64,000 bases of DNA from Vicugna vicugna (lineage: Eukaryota). The notes beneath the pieces are model-generated. The model made no database searches. It saw nothing but the letters and a program-made list of their open reading frames with translations, and was not told the origin of the DNA. A program made the translations under genes and the position numbers. Below are positions 27,962 to 54,819 of this stretch, one piece after another. Position 1 is the stretch's first letter. Every line of letters begins with the position of its first letter. The DNA lies in contig MU058198.1 in NCBI GenBank assembly GCA_013265495.1, positions 7,083,779-7,147,778 on the forward strand, in the 5' to 3' direction.

Positions 27962-30900
27962 CTGCGCAGTGAGAAACACCAGATCACAGCGCGATCTGAA
28001 TGGCAAGCACCCTGCCCCTTGCCCCAGACTCTTCCCCAGACACCCTCCCCCGGGACACAGCCGTTGCTCATTTCCTGCTTGGTCCCCAGAGGCTTCAGCC
28101 TGCATCCTTACCCAGTTCTCCTGAAGGGCCCTCCCTGTCCCCAGAAATCTCCCTAACTTGGGTGATAAGTGGGCATCCCTGGCCTTCCTAAGATCTCCTA
28201 TTGGGTCTTTTGAGCCCCCTTGTCCCACACACCCCATCCCACCCCCCCCAGCCATGCCCCGCGCCTTGCCTGGTGGGTGCGGGGGTCCCCCTCAGCAGGT
28301 GGGCTGTGGCTGGGGGGCGTCTCCTGGGACAGGGGGGGCGGCCCCCCCCAGATGGGTCTGCATGTGGCCGGCCAGCTGGGCAGGGGTCTTGCAGTGCACG
28401 CTGCACAGCTTGCACAGGATGCGGTCAGCCCGCGGGGCCTGGAGCCCATGGTCCTTCACCGCGTGGATGCGCAGGTATGCTGCCGTGGTGAAGCCTATGG
28501 GGGGTGGATTGGGATGGGGGGGTGGGGGTCAGCCAGGCGGAGACCCCAGAGACGGGGCTGTTCTCCTAGGCTGGGGACGCCCTCCTCAGATAGCCCTGTC
28601 CTCCTCCCACATCCTTGGTAGCCTGGGGCCAACTACTCTGCTAGGGCCAGTGGGGCATAGCCCCACCCTGAGCTTGAGAACTGGTTGAGTAGTGTCAGCT
28701 TCTGGGCCTTGATATCCACAGAGCCCATTCTCCATGGCTGGGGTATCTCTCACAGGGTGACAGGATACTGATTCCTAGCCACTTGAAGAGTTGACCCTCA
28801 GCAGAGACGGCTGTGTCCCCTCCCTCCAGTGCCCCATACGGCTCAACCCAGTTACTCAGGGAAGAAGTACATTTTGTTTAAAAGCAGCTTTCTCTGCTAC
28901 TGGGGCAGGGCGAGTGCCTGTTAAATCCCTGCCAACATACCCCACTTGCCCAGGAGCTGAAGACAAGAACTTGTGGCTGCATAGCTGAAACTTAGCCTTC
29001 CGACTCTTGGGAACTGGCTCTCTTGACCACTCTCCCAAAGCAGTTGTGTTCCCTCCCACCTCCCGACACACACCCAGAAGTTGACTCTTTCTGGCAGAGC
29101 ATCTCCTCCACCCATGGCCTCTTAGAACTGATGTTCAGTGGTCCCAATGTTGCTTCACTTGCTTCCTAAAGGGCTCTAGATGCCACGAGCTCTTGACTAC
29201 AGCACCTTTAACCCACATCTGTGGAAGGGCCTGTGGTCCTGTTCCCACCCACTATCCCCAGCCCTTGCGGCATCCCTCAGCATGTACCTTTGTTGCAGAG
29301 CTCACAGACATGGTGAGGGCCCTGGCTGTGCACCTTCATGTGGTCCGAAATATAAGCCGAGCTCAACATCTTGCCACACACATGACATGGCACCTTCTCC
29401 TCGTGTCGTACTGTGTGGGCCCGCAGTCGATCCTTCGTAGCAAAAGCTGCCTCACATTTCTGGGGAGGGGGGAGGGGCGTGGGGGGTGTCAGGAGAGTTA
29501 AAGCTTCTGGGAGTGGGAAGAGGGGAACAAGAGGTTAAAGGAATCAGAGCCTTGGGGATCTTTGATCTGTAGGAAATGGGAGTGAGATGACGAGGTCTTG
29601 AAGAAGGGATGAGAAAATGGAGTGAAAAAGCAAAAAGAGAGAGAAAAAGGGGGTCTGAGAGGCTGAACTCAGACAACTACAATGAGGATCAAAATCATGA
29701 AATCTAGGACAGGAAGAGGCGGGCTTCCTACCTCACATTTGAAGGGCCGTTCTGTTGAGTGCACTTGTCTGACGTGACTGTTGAGGTGATCCGGCCTGGG
29801 GATACGTTGGGGTTGGGGTTAGGGCCCTGGGGTGTGGAGGTGCCCCCCAAACTGCCTAACTTAGAACATTAGGCCTTTCCAAAGGTCCCTGCATTTTTCC
29901 CCAAGCTCGGGGATTCAGAGTCCTGGTTAGGCAGGAAACCCCTCCTCTCCGCAGAGCTGCCTCCTCCTCCTCCCACGCGAAGATCTCCTATAACCCAAGG
30001 ACCCACCTCCTTTGCTAAGTACCACCCCCTGCTCCCTGGCAACCAAGAGGCTTTCCTCCCTCCTCCCTGGGAGTGGCTCCCTGTCCCCATCCTCAGAAAC
30101 CCCCCTCCCTCCCCACCAGCCAAGGCCAGGCCACCTCCATCGCCGTCTGTCCCTCCCTCCCCACCCGCCTAGTGGGCGGCCGAGGCCCCGTGCACACCGG
30201 GAGAAGCTCTTGCCACAGTGGGAGCAGTTGTAGGGCTTGTGCACAGCGCCGTCATGTGAGCGCACGTGGTAGCTCATGCGGTCCTTGCGCTTGAAGCGCT
30301 GCTGGCACACCGGGCACTGGTAGGGCTTCTCGTCCGAATGCGACAGCTTATGTCGGTTCAGGTGGTAGACGTCGCGGAAGGCCTTGCCGCACATCTCGCA
30401 GGCGTGGTTCTTCCGGATGCGCTTTCCCGAGGCGGTCGTGGTCACCACGCCACCGGCGGCCACTGCGGCCGCTCCGCCGCCGGCACCCGCTTCTCCCCCT
30501 CCCCCGCCGGCTCCACTCAGCTGGGGCACGCTCAGGAGGCTCAGGGGCACCATTGTGGGCATCTTCATAGCACCCGAGGGGACCCGGCCGGCTTTGGCTC
30601 CTGTGTGGATGGCCTCGTGCCTCCGGAGATTGTAGCCGTTCTTGAACTCCTTGGCGCACAGGGCGCAAATGTAGGGCCCCTTGCTCTTTGTCTTCTTCTC
30701 CAAGGCAGATGCAACCGGGGCCACGGCGACCGTCGAAGTTGGGGCTACGACGGCGGTGGCCGCGGCTGCGGCGATGGTGGAGGCAGAAACTGGGGGCGCG
30801 GCCTCCGCGGCGGGCGCCGACACCGGCGGGGGCGGCGGAGGGGGCGCCGGGGGCTGCTTCAGAGCCGCTGTGTCCACAGTGGAGGCGGCGGCCGGGGCCG

Positions 30901-31329
30901 GGGGCGCAGCAGCAACGGCGGCGGCGGCGGCAGCAGCGGCGGCCGCAGCCGCGGCCGCGGCGGACTCCTGGGCGGCGGCGAGAACCGGGAGCAAGTCCAC
31001 CTGGAGGGGCTCGGCCGCCGGGGCCTGGGGCGTGGGTGGGGGCGCCGGCGCGGCCTGCGAAGACAAGGCGCCGTGTGGGCCGCGGCCGCGGGTAGGCGCC
31101 CTCCCGGCCCGGCCCGCCACGGCCGGCCCCTACTCACCTGGAATGGACTCTGGGCGCAGCCCTGGGAGGCAAAGAAGCGGGACTGGAGCTCAGCCCCGAC
31201 CTGCAGGGGGTTCTGGGCGTGACCCTGAGGTGGCGGGAAGGAGTTCATGAGGCCGCCCACCCCCCGGGAGTCCAGGCCCAGCACGGGGAAGGGGGGGGCC
31301 AGCAGCGTGCAAGGGAACACGGGGAACAT
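27810..31329 (-). CDS. MAZ: Myc-associated zinc finger protein, main isoform 478 aa
   Basis: complement(join(27810..27961,29288..29459,29732..29795,30198..31054,31138..31329)) = 1437 nt; MFPVFPCTLLAPPFPVLGLDSRG; poly-Ala and poly-Pro tracts; C2H2 fingers; ends SQPLPSQPW*. Confidence 0.97.
28292..28494 (-). CDS. MAZ: MAZ alternative cassette exon (isoform 2 / SAF-2 type C-terminus, 495 aa total)
   Basis: tag|GC TTC ACC...; GFTTAAYLRIHAVKDHGLQAPRADRILCKLCSVHCKTPAQLAGHMQTHLGG...QPTC*; exon 28270-28494 with GC donor. Confidence 0.88.
29288..29459 (-). CDS. MAZ: MAZ exon 4
   Basis: KCEAAFATKDRLRAHTVRHEEKVPCHVCGKMLSSAYISDHMKVHSQGPHHVCELCNK. Confidence 0.95.
29732..29795 (-). CDS. MAZ: MAZ exon 3
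   Basis: PDHLNSHVRQVHSTERPFKCE. Confidence 0.95.
30198..31054 (-). CDS. MAZ: MAZ exon 2
   Basis: AAPAPPPTPQ...S(A)15V...CALCAKEFKNGYNLRRHEAIH...CSHCGKSFSR. Confidence 0.96.
31138..31329 (-). CDS. MAZ: MAZ exon 1 coding part
   Basis: Kozak GCCATG; MFPVFPCTLL...AQSPFQ|GTGAGT. Confidence 0.95.
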
Positions 31330-31427
31330 GGCCTCGGCCACGGCGGGGCCCCCGGGACTCAGCGGGGGCCGGGGGCGCGGGCCGCGCGGGGCCCGGGCTC
31401 GGGGCGCCGCCCCCGGCCGGCCGGGCT

Positions 31428-31918
31428 NNNNNNNNNNNNNNNNNNNNNNNNNNNNNNNNNNNNNNNNNNNNNNNNNNNNNNNNNNNNNNNNNNNNNNNNN
31501 NNNNNNNNNNNNNNNNNNNNNNNNNNNNNNNNNNNNNNNNNNNNNNNNNNNNNNNNNNNNNNNNNNNNNNNNNNNNNNNNNNNNNNNNNNNNNNNNNNNN
31601 NNNNNNNNNNNNNNNNNNNNNNNNNNNNNNNNNNNNNNNNNNNNNNNNNNNNNNNNNNNNNNNNNNNNNNNNNNNNNNNNNNNNNNNNNNNNNNNNNNNN
31701 NNNNNNNNNNNNNNNNNNNNNNNNNNNNNNNNNNNNNNNNNNNNNNNNNNNNNNNNNNNNNNNNNNNNNNNNNNNNNNNNNNNNNNNNNNNNNNNNNNNN
31801 NNNNNNNNNNNNNNNNNNNNNNNNNNNNNNNNNNNNNNNNNNNNNNNNNNNNNNNNNNNNNNNNNNNNNNNNNNNNNNNNNNNNNNNNNNNNNNNNNNNN
31901 NNNNNNNNNNNNNNNNNN
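31428..31918. other. Assembly gap (491 N) in the MAZ promoter/5'UTR
   Basis: Run of N flanked by extremely GC-rich sequence. Confidence 1.
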
Positions 31919-32480
31919 GGAGCGGAGCACACTGCGCGCGGGGAGGGCGGGCGGGGGGCGCGAGGACACACAAGAGGCTGGAGCGGGCGCGAGCGCGAGC
32001 GCGCGGGAGGCCAGGGGGAGGGGGGAGGAACGAGAGGGACTCTGGCGGGAGGAGGGACGGGGGAGCCACCCAGCAGCCGGAGTCACCCCAAGCGCGAGAC
32101 CCCTGAGACGGCCGCTGATTGGCTGACGATGGCGCAGGTGGTGGGCGCGCGGGAGACGGGGCGGCTTCTCTCTTCCCCCCCTCAAAGATTCCACCCCCCT
32201 CCTCCCTACGCCAGCGGCCGTTATTTCGCGCGCACGCGCACAAATTCGCTGTCGTTGCCGAGCGGGAGAGTAGGGAGCGCGCGCCAGGGGTTCAGATGGG
32301 GCGGGGCTAAGCTCTAAGCGCGCTCCCGCCTAACGGTCGTCGTCCTCGGATTTTCGCATCAGGTTTTTGTTCCCTCTCGGCCACCGTCTTTTCCCCCTCC
32401 CAACTCCAGCGGTTTATTTACAATCCTGCGCTGTTTCATATTTTCCCAAAGATGGCGCCCAAAAAAGTCATCCCGCGGAG
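31919..32480. promoter_or_regulatory. MAZ upstream CpG-island promoter
   Basis: Dense CpG; CCAAT (gattgg near 32117); E2F-like TTTCGCGC 32224-32231; GC box near 32298; YY1 AAGATGGCG near 32449. Confidence 0.75.
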
Positions 32481-32624
32481 CTTGTGGCTCATCCCAAGGG
32501 CAATTATAACCCGACCCCATCCCCGCAGTCCCAAGAATCAAGCTGAAGCAACGGAGTAAAAACTGTATTTACATGACAAGCAGTTATACAAAGATTAAAA
32601 AAAAAATGAGGAGGGGAGCTGCGG

Positions 32625-46965
<14,341 letters not shown>

Positions 46966-46989
46966 TCCACTCCCTCTTTGGACCCGCCT

Positions 46990-47170
46990 CTCTATTCGAA
47001 TTTCCCGCTGCCCCGCCCCCTCTCCTGGGCTCCACCAATCACCGCCACTCGCCAACGGAAGCCTCTGCTCGTGCCTCGCAACTATCCCGCCCTCTAGGGC
47101 TCCCCTCCGCCCTGGCGGAGAACGCATGAGCGCACGTCGGCTACCTGGCCGTTGACGTCAGGGCCGGCGG
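46990..47170 (-). promoter_or_regulatory. KIF22 promoter: CHR (TTCGAA), CDE/E2F, CCAAT, CRE
   Basis: TTCGAA 46995-47000; TTTCCCGC 47001-47008; CCAAT 47035-47039; TGACGTCA 47153-47160. Confidence 0.7.
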
Positions 47171-48169
47171 TCCCGCGCGAACTCCAGAGTCCGAGTTTTC
47201 GGCGACCTTGGCTGTCGGGGCAGCTGGTGAGCGCTTCCTGGCAATGGGCTCACTTTACCTTCTGCGTTTCAAGATGTAGATTTGCTTTAAGTGTAGACTT
47301 TTCGCCTCACTATCCCCCTTCAAATAACTACTAATTTTGGTAGGAATTAAGCAAAGATCGAAGGCAATAGATTTATCCAGAAATTTCTTGAAACTGAATA
47401 CAATTGCCGCTATTTTTTTTTAAGTGGCAGAATAAGGCATGTTATAGGGATAAGAAAAATGTTGCATGGAAACGGGATTATTCTAAACGACTCGTAGTGA
47501 TCTTCAGTTTTACAGTTTTCTTGCCTCAGAAGTTGTTTCTTGCGCCTGTGGGGCGGGAATCGTTTGTGGATTTCAGGACTTGACGTCAGTGCCAGTCAAT
47601 GGTGCTTTAACTTCTGGTCACTTATTTAGGTCTAGACCACGCTGGCTGGATTATGGTCGGTCATGTTGCACTCATCTCTTGCTGAGCCCCAAGCCGCTAC
47701 ATGAGGTGCAGGGACCAGGTGACATGCGTCCCCTTATGTCGCGTGGTTGAGCTGAGAGGACAGCAGCTCGGATGTTCCTTACTCAGCACTCAACACGTCG
47801 GAGTGGATGGTAAAGTCATGCTTGGTCTGTTACTTAGTCAACTTCACCCTTGGTCCCATGTCGTATGGGTTCAGTCGTCTGTTAAGTAGTTCCCCATCCC
47901 TTCTGGAATCTTAATCAGGGATGACCATCCCATCTTTGAGCTCCTGGTAGGGCCCTGGTTTAGACATTATGTCCAACCTATCAAGAAACACAGCAAAACA
48001 AACAAGCCCCAAATATTAGACGAGTGGTTTGCAAATTTTGGGGCCTTGGAATCCCTTTGCGTTCTTAGCAATTGAGGCCCCAAAGCTCTTTGCTTTATAT
48101 AGGATTTGTCTATCCATATTTACTGTGTTAGAAAGTAACACAAGTTTGAAATATTTATTAATGCACTTT

Positions 48170-48400
48170 AAAATTACAGAAACAAATCTGTAGAGACAGA
48201 AAGTTGCCAGGAGACGGTGAGGGACTGATGAACTGGGAGTATTTCTAATAGGTATGGAATTTCTTTTTAGGGTGATGAAAGTGTTCTGGAATTAGGCAGT
48301 GGTGATAATTGTTCAACATAGTGAATATACTAAAAACCACTGAAGGGTACACTTAAAAATAGTCAGCTTTAGGTTATGTGAATTATATTTCCATTAAAAA
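48170..48400 (+). mobile_element. Old L1 3'UTR fragment
   Basis: agagacagaaagttgccagg...gggtgatgaaagtgttctggaattag...gtgaatatactaaaaaccactgaa. Confidence 0.7.
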
Positions 48401-49559
48401 TAGCCAAAATTACAATAACAAGAAAAATTACATATTACATAGATAGCATTTTAATTTTTGAAAGACTATTTTCCAAAGCAAAAAATAATTGGAAGAGCAG
48501 CATTGTCTTACATTTTTATAAACCCATCTAAACACTATACGATATGTAGTGACACAACAGATTGAGTGCAGAACAAGCTAAACTAGTCTATGGTAAAAAA
48601 GTCAGAAGAGTGATTGCTTCTTGGGAGTTGGGGGCAGGAAGTAGCTAGGAAGGGCCCAGAGGGAATTTTCTGGGATGGTGGCAATGTCCTATATCTTGAT
48701 AGGAGTTGGGTTACACAGGTGTATGCATTTGTCAAAACTTGTGTGTGGAAGCATGACATGGTTTTCCAACTGTGTGATCCTCATATTGGAATTCCTTGTA
48801 AGACTTGTTTCTAAGATGTTTGAAAACCATGAACATGTGAAAAATGCCCAGGTTTTAACATCAGAAAGACCTGAGTTTAATCCTGACTCTGCTACATACT
48901 GTGTTTGTGACTTTGGACAAATAACATTTAGCAGAGTGCCTGATACATCATAGGCACTTAATAAATACTTATAATATGACTGAATGAAGTAATTTATCTT
49001 AGCTTTAGTTTTGTACTAAGTACAACGATCTCATTTTAATTTGTTCTACTAAGATTTAGAGGGTTTTTAGGTGAATTTCCTTTTGATGACAAACTAAAGC
49101 AGAGAATTGGGGAGAAAAGTTTCTTTTTGCTTGGATTTGCTCAGTTATTCAATCCTGGGGAATAGACAGGGGTATAAGTTTAGGGGAGGGGACACAGTGA
49201 CCTCTGACATCTGTCCTTGTGACTCTCATCACCTACAAACAAAGCAACGGCCTTCTATCATGGTCACTTCATCTAAAAAAACGGAAATAATGCTACTACT
49301 TTCCAATAGAATTGTCACAATTCAATGAGGTCATTTTGAAGAGTACCTGAACATGTAATGTTAGTTGCCTCTTTCATTTTTCATCTCTCCCTACTGTTTT
49401 CCCTGAAAGAAATAAACATGTGTGACATGTTAAACATGTAAACATGTCAGTATAGCCTTCCTACCTGAAGTGATCCTTAAGTGTTCTCTCATATGCCCTA
49501 TGTTAGTAATCAGCCTGTATTTGCTATCTTTCCCCAGCACGTACAAGCCCAAATTCCTG

Positions 49560-50194
49560 ATAACACCAAGGGCTGCACACTTTCATTGGCTGGACTTGAA
49601 TTTATTGGTCCAAAAACTTTCTTGAAATCCATGAGGTGCAGCCTAAAAGGGAGTCTTGCATTACTTAGAGGATTGGTTTTGTTGGTGATTGCTGTAAGGG
49701 ACCTGCATCAGCTTGCACAGGTTGAGGCTTCTCTACTCTTGGGGCTGCTCAAGAGGCCTGGCCCTGTGTTCCCTCGACATGGCTCCTCCTGTTGCGCTCT
49801 GCATTGGGAGCTGGAGGACTCACTACGTACGTCAAATCATCACATTGTACACTTTAAATATATTAGAATTTTGTCAATTATACCTTAATAAAGCTGGAAA
49901 AAATTTTTAAAAGGAAATGAAGTTACTAAAAGCATGGGTTTTGATAACCTAATAAATTCATCTTAAGGGAAAAAAAAGAGCCAAATTGAGGTTTCCCTGT
50001 GGAAGAAGAAATTCCACCTGTACACTGCAGCATCTCCTCTTGCCTGGAAGTTTCCAGGTTTCTGGCCTGCCCTACAGATTTCAGGCCTGTCTAGCCAGCC
50101 TCAACAGTTGCATAAACCAATTCTTTGCAATAAATCTCTTGCAATAAACGTTTATCTCCTACTGGTTCTTTCTCTGGTAGAACCTGACTGATAC
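49560..50194 (+). mobile_element. MLT2-like (ERVL) solo LTR remnant
   Basis: ggcctgccctacagatttcagg...ttgcaataaatctc...tctcctactggttct...ctgactgataca end; left boundary approximate. Confidence 0.6.
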
Positions 50195-52615
50195 AGCAAA
50201 TAACTTTACTTATTTAACTGAAAAAGTAAAGGTGTGGTGTTAACTTCCTCAAATTTCACTCTATACCTGTCCCCCCGACAGAAACTAACCTATACCTTCA
50301 CTCTTTATTTTCTTCCCTCTTTCTTAAAGTTCCCTGCTCCCATACCTACATGAAACATCCTTGCCAATCTTTTCTGCGACCTTGTTCCATCAATTATCTT
50401 CTCTTCCCTGAATATTCAGCCTCTTCCTCTAACTCATGCTCATGTCTCTTCCTTGTCTAGGATGAAAAACAAAACCCCTGCTTTCTTACATTCCCCATAA
50501 ATATTACTTACTGGAATATTTTCTACCTTTCTAGAGCCAAACTTCTTGAAATATCCAGTTCTTGTTGGCTGTATTTCCTCACTCCCATTCATTCCTTAAC
50601 CAGTTGCAGCCTGTCTCCAGCTTCCCTCAATCCACTAAAACTTTCTCTGTCAAGATTATTAAGGAACCTCTGATTGCTAAAGCTGAGGAAACTGAAGCCT
50701 GTCCTTTTCTTGACTTTTCAGAGGCATTAACCACTCCTTAAAATTTCTGTCTTGCCTTCGTATGCATCAGTCCTCCTACTGTTTACCTCCCAGACCACTC
50801 CATTCTCTATTTTTTGCCTGATTCCTCTTCTTTGCACCAACCATCAAACGCTGGTGTTCCCCAATCCTCTCTGACTTCAAGCTTCTCATTTCATATACCT
50901 ATAGTTTCCTTGGGTGACTTCTATGTCTTGAAGTTCACTATCTATGCGCTGGGTTTGCACTGACGCTGCACCTGAGGAGCCAGAAGGAAGCAGGTGAAGG
51001 CCTCACCTCTGCTTCCACCTCATTTGGTCCTGTTTGAACTGTTCCACATTGAACCCATGTGCCAGCTGGGGGCCTCCCTGTCCCAGTCCTACAAGCAGTG
51101 AAAGGACACCCCTTCCCGAGTCCTACAGGCGGGAAAGTCTTCCCAAGCTTTCTGCTGTTGCTGGCTTTCACTCCAATGGGGGTGCTGAGTCAAATGAACA
51201 ACTACCCCGTGATCTGTGCTATGAAGAAGTCATCAAAGCAGAGTGAGAGCGTGCAGCGGGGTGGGGAAGCCACTCTTCTGGCTGCAGCGCCCTCTGCTTG
51301 GGTAACATTTGCAAAGAGTCCTGATTGAAGTGATGGAGAGAAATACAGATATTTGGGTGAAGAGTGGACCTGGCAGAGGGAACAACAAGGACCAGAGCCC
51401 TGAGCAGGAAGTGTGTGGGATGAATTTAGAAACAGCAGGGAGGGTAGGGTGGCTGGTGGTAAGTGAGGGAAGTGAGCGGGAGGTGAGGTCTGGGCGGCAG
51501 CCAGAGGGCAGAGGGTGCAGGGCCTGGAGGCTGTGATCAGGAGTTTGGATTCCTTCTGAGAGTGAGGGGAGCCATTGAAAGGGTTTTGCCTTTTAAAACG
51601 GTTCACCACTCCAGATTTTGATAAAGCGGAGAATAGAGTTTATGGGTGAGCCTGGAGAAGGAAGGCCATGGCAGGAACCTTGTGAACCTTCCCGTTTTGC
51701 TGGATAACCTCTTGCCTGCCCCTTACACCTCCACTGCCTCAGAGCTACTCCCTCCCTCAGACAAAGCAGCTCTGTCTTCTTCTTCAAGTCCTGGTGCACA
51801 TTCAGACCGTAGGGTGAGAATCTGCGCCTTCCCCCATCAAGGATTTTTCACAATATATTTCTAAACAACGGCAGATGTGTTTCCTGTTAAGGGGAAGAAA
51901 AACAAAACATTCTCCACCTCCTCCTTTACACATTGGGCCTTCACGAAGGTTTCATCTGAACAAAGGGTTTTACCACAAAAACAAATGTGAACATTGCTTT
52001 CCTGCTCACCCTTCACTGTTCCAGTGAATAAACCAAAGTCTCATGAGAGAAGTGACTTCACTAAATTGGCACTACCTACTTCCCTCCTGCCCGCCATGTC
52101 CCACACGCCAGCCCCTCAGCAGCCTGCAGTTTGCTCCTGCTACTCCAGCTGCCTAAAACGCTCTCGTCCTCCTACCCACCCAATCCCTTCTCCCCTTGAC
52201 ATTTGGCCCATGCCACCATCACCCCCACTCGCCACCAAGCCTTCTCTCCCCAGCTCCCTTCTCTTCCCAGCCCCTCACTTTGAACAGAATTCGTGGCACC
52301 TTTCTCTGGCCGCCAGCTGTGCCCCCTACTTCACTAGTGTGGTTCTAATTACCCTGCACTGTAATTTATCTGTTTACATGGAAGCCTCCACCGATGAGAC
52401 AATGAAATGGTAGTCCATCCTAAGGCAGGGACTGCGTTGTCTCCACCTCCAGTTTCCAGCTACTGCATCTCACCTGCCTCAGAGCTGGAGCCCCCCAGGA
52501 ATGACTGTCAAATGCCTCAGCTGCAGCAAGACCTCTGTGAAACATTCCGCCTTTGTCTCTTCACACAGCCGTGTCTCTTCTCGCAGGACTGCATATGGGT
52601 TTTCTTTAGTTTCTT

Positions 52616-52718
52616 GGGGGGTTTTGTTAGTTTTTTAATGAAGGTACTAGGGGTTGAACCTAGGACACTGTGCATGCTAAGCATGAGCTCTACCACTGAG
52701 CTATACCCTCCCTCCCCC
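52616..52718 (-). mobile_element. Vic-1-like SINE with 11-bp TSD
   Basis: tRNA-like A/B boxes; TSD tttagtttctt at 52605-52615 and 52720-52730. Confidence 0.85.
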
Positions 52719-54444
52719 TTTTAGTTTCTTATTTATAACTCCTCTGGAGAAACTGTATTCTGAAGAATACTGGACATAAAGACAGAATTCTGGAATGAGG
52801 TACTCTAATTCTTCTTAGTTGTGTGAATTTAAAGAAGTCACTTCATTCTTTGCAGCCTATATTTCTGCATTTGTAAAATGAGAAAAAAAAATTCAAGATC
52901 AACCAAAATCCTCAAAGACAGTGTTTTTCAAACTGTAGGTCTTAACCCATTCGTGGGCCATGAAATCAACTTAACAGCTCAAGATCAGCATATTTTAAAA
53001 GTGAAATGATAAAGAAAGTAAGAGAGCATTACATGTAACAAAGTTAAATATTGTTTCTTGAAATAGTGCGGTTAAACACTCTATACTGTGTGTACTGGGT
53101 CCTGATATAAAATGTTATTTCCTATTGTGATTTGAGGGTTTTTTTTAAACCAATCTTGAAAAAAGTTAAGTCTGCCTTTCTTAAAGGGTAAGGTACAAAT
53201 ACAATTTCTTTATATACTAATACTCTTTGTTCAAAACTGTCAGGCTAGAAGTGGGTAGGATCACTTCTAGGGCAGTAACTAGTGAATCTGGAGCCCCAGA
53301 TTCAGGTAGGTTAAGTGTACAGTGTTAATAATTTTTAAAACTATTATATAATTGACAATATATATGACAATTATATATAATTGACATATAACATTATATT
53401 AGTTTCAGGTATACAGCGTCATGAGTCAATATGTATATATATTACAGAATGAATTAATAATTTTTTGAAGTCAGACACTTATAGTGATGCACCAGTAATT
53501 CATGGACAGAATACTGTGTTATAAACAGACATGAGTTTAAAGCCTGGTTCCAGTCCTTACTTACTTCATGACCTACTGAGCCTCAGTTTCTTCATCTGAA
53601 AACTGGGGAGAATGAAATCAATTTTTGTAAACTCCCAGGCACAGATCTGGCACATGGAAGTAATGTTAATGTCCACTCTCTTCTCCCTTGAGAGTTTCAC
53701 AAAACATGGCCTTCCTTTTTGGTCTCTTTCAGATAAAGTTGGTCTAGGCAACCTTACCTTTTTCATCTGCAGTTAGCTTTATCTTATGGTTTAGCTTGAG
53801 TTCAGATCCCGGAGATCTTGTCAAATGCATTATAAGACTTGAAAAAGAATTTTGTGTTAAGTTGGCTTAAACAACTGAAGTTAAAGTCACTTGGAAAGCT
53901 GGTTTTAATCTCCTTTTATAAAGATATAATTATATGGTAACTTTTTTTTTAATCTCTGGGTTTTTGCTTTTAGTCTCCACCCCCTTTACTGAATTGCTTG
54001 ATCAGCTACAACTTTTCACTTTGTTTAGTTTAGTTTTCCTTTGTTTCCCTCCTCCTCGCAAAAATAATCACTCTCCAGAACATATGATAATGTCATATAC
54101 AGAGGGAGGAAATCCCCATTCATCTGAGGATCAGCCACATCCAGGACTCATATGTGCTGGATAAGCTGCTATCAGAGTGGGAGTGAGGTGAGGTCATTTC
54201 ACCAGGATGCACTCATTCTTGCTATGAGTCAGGAAGAATTCATCTAGGAATAGGAGCAGATTTGGTTTCCTTTACACATCACATGAGGTTCAAACAGTCA
54301 TCTGCTCTCATGCATGATGCATTCTGCAAATGCAGTAAGACAGAGATAGCGTGATGTGCTGGGGAAGAGCACAGACTGCTGGAATCCAGCCACTGCTACT
54401 CAGAAGCTATGAGCCTGGTTAGTGAGTTTTTTTAATTAAATTAA

Positions 54445-54551
54445 AATTTTTGTTATATTTTTTTACTTTTTTAAAGGGAGGTACTGGCATTGAACCCAGG
54501 ACCTTGTGCATGCTAAGCATGTGCTCTACCACTGAGCTATACCCTCCCCCT
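54445..54551 (-). mobile_element. Vic-1-like SINE
   Basis: ggggagggtatagctcagtggtagagcacatgcttagcatgcacaaggtcctgggttcaatgccagtacc. Confidence 0.85.
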
Positions 54552-54559
54552 CTATTTAT

Positions 54560-54819
54560 TTTTTTAAACAGAAGAAAAACCAAAAGTTTAATAACACATA
54601 TACATACATGGGAGAGACCCAGAAAAACTAGGTAACTTGTCAAAATGGCTGAAGCCCTCACCTTAAATACTATCTTCAGCTAAAGACAAAAGAGGATGTT
54701 GAGGGTGGGGCGAGACAATAAGAAGTTACCAGGAGAAGCACGCAGTAAGCAAGGGTGATTGTGATGCAGACTTAAGCATTGTCTTCTCCCTTGGTAAGAA
54801 TTTGTAGAGATTCAGTCAC
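54560..54819 (-). mobile_element. ERV LTR 3' (U3/R) fragment ending after a poly(A) signal
   Basis: tagctgaagatagtatttaaggtgagggcttcagccattttg...gggtctctcccatgtat...ATTAAA...A-rich tail; family not assigned. Confidence 0.6.

Noticed and set aside
30859..32317. ORFs of about 300-370 aa spanning the N run
   Set aside because: Artifacts of translating through the assembly gap.
47590..47970. Coding-looking unique sequence upstream of KIF22 (possible processed pseudogene)
   Set aside because: Stops in the frames examined; no protein recognised; no poly(A) tail or TSD.
52465..52515. Weak resemblance to the ZG16 signal-peptide exon
   Set aside because: Better explained as the 3' end of an L2 element.
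52640..52715. tRNA-like sequences here and at about 16920, 54480 and 59400
   Set aside because: They are SINE heads with AT-rich tails and TSDs, not functional tRNA genes.
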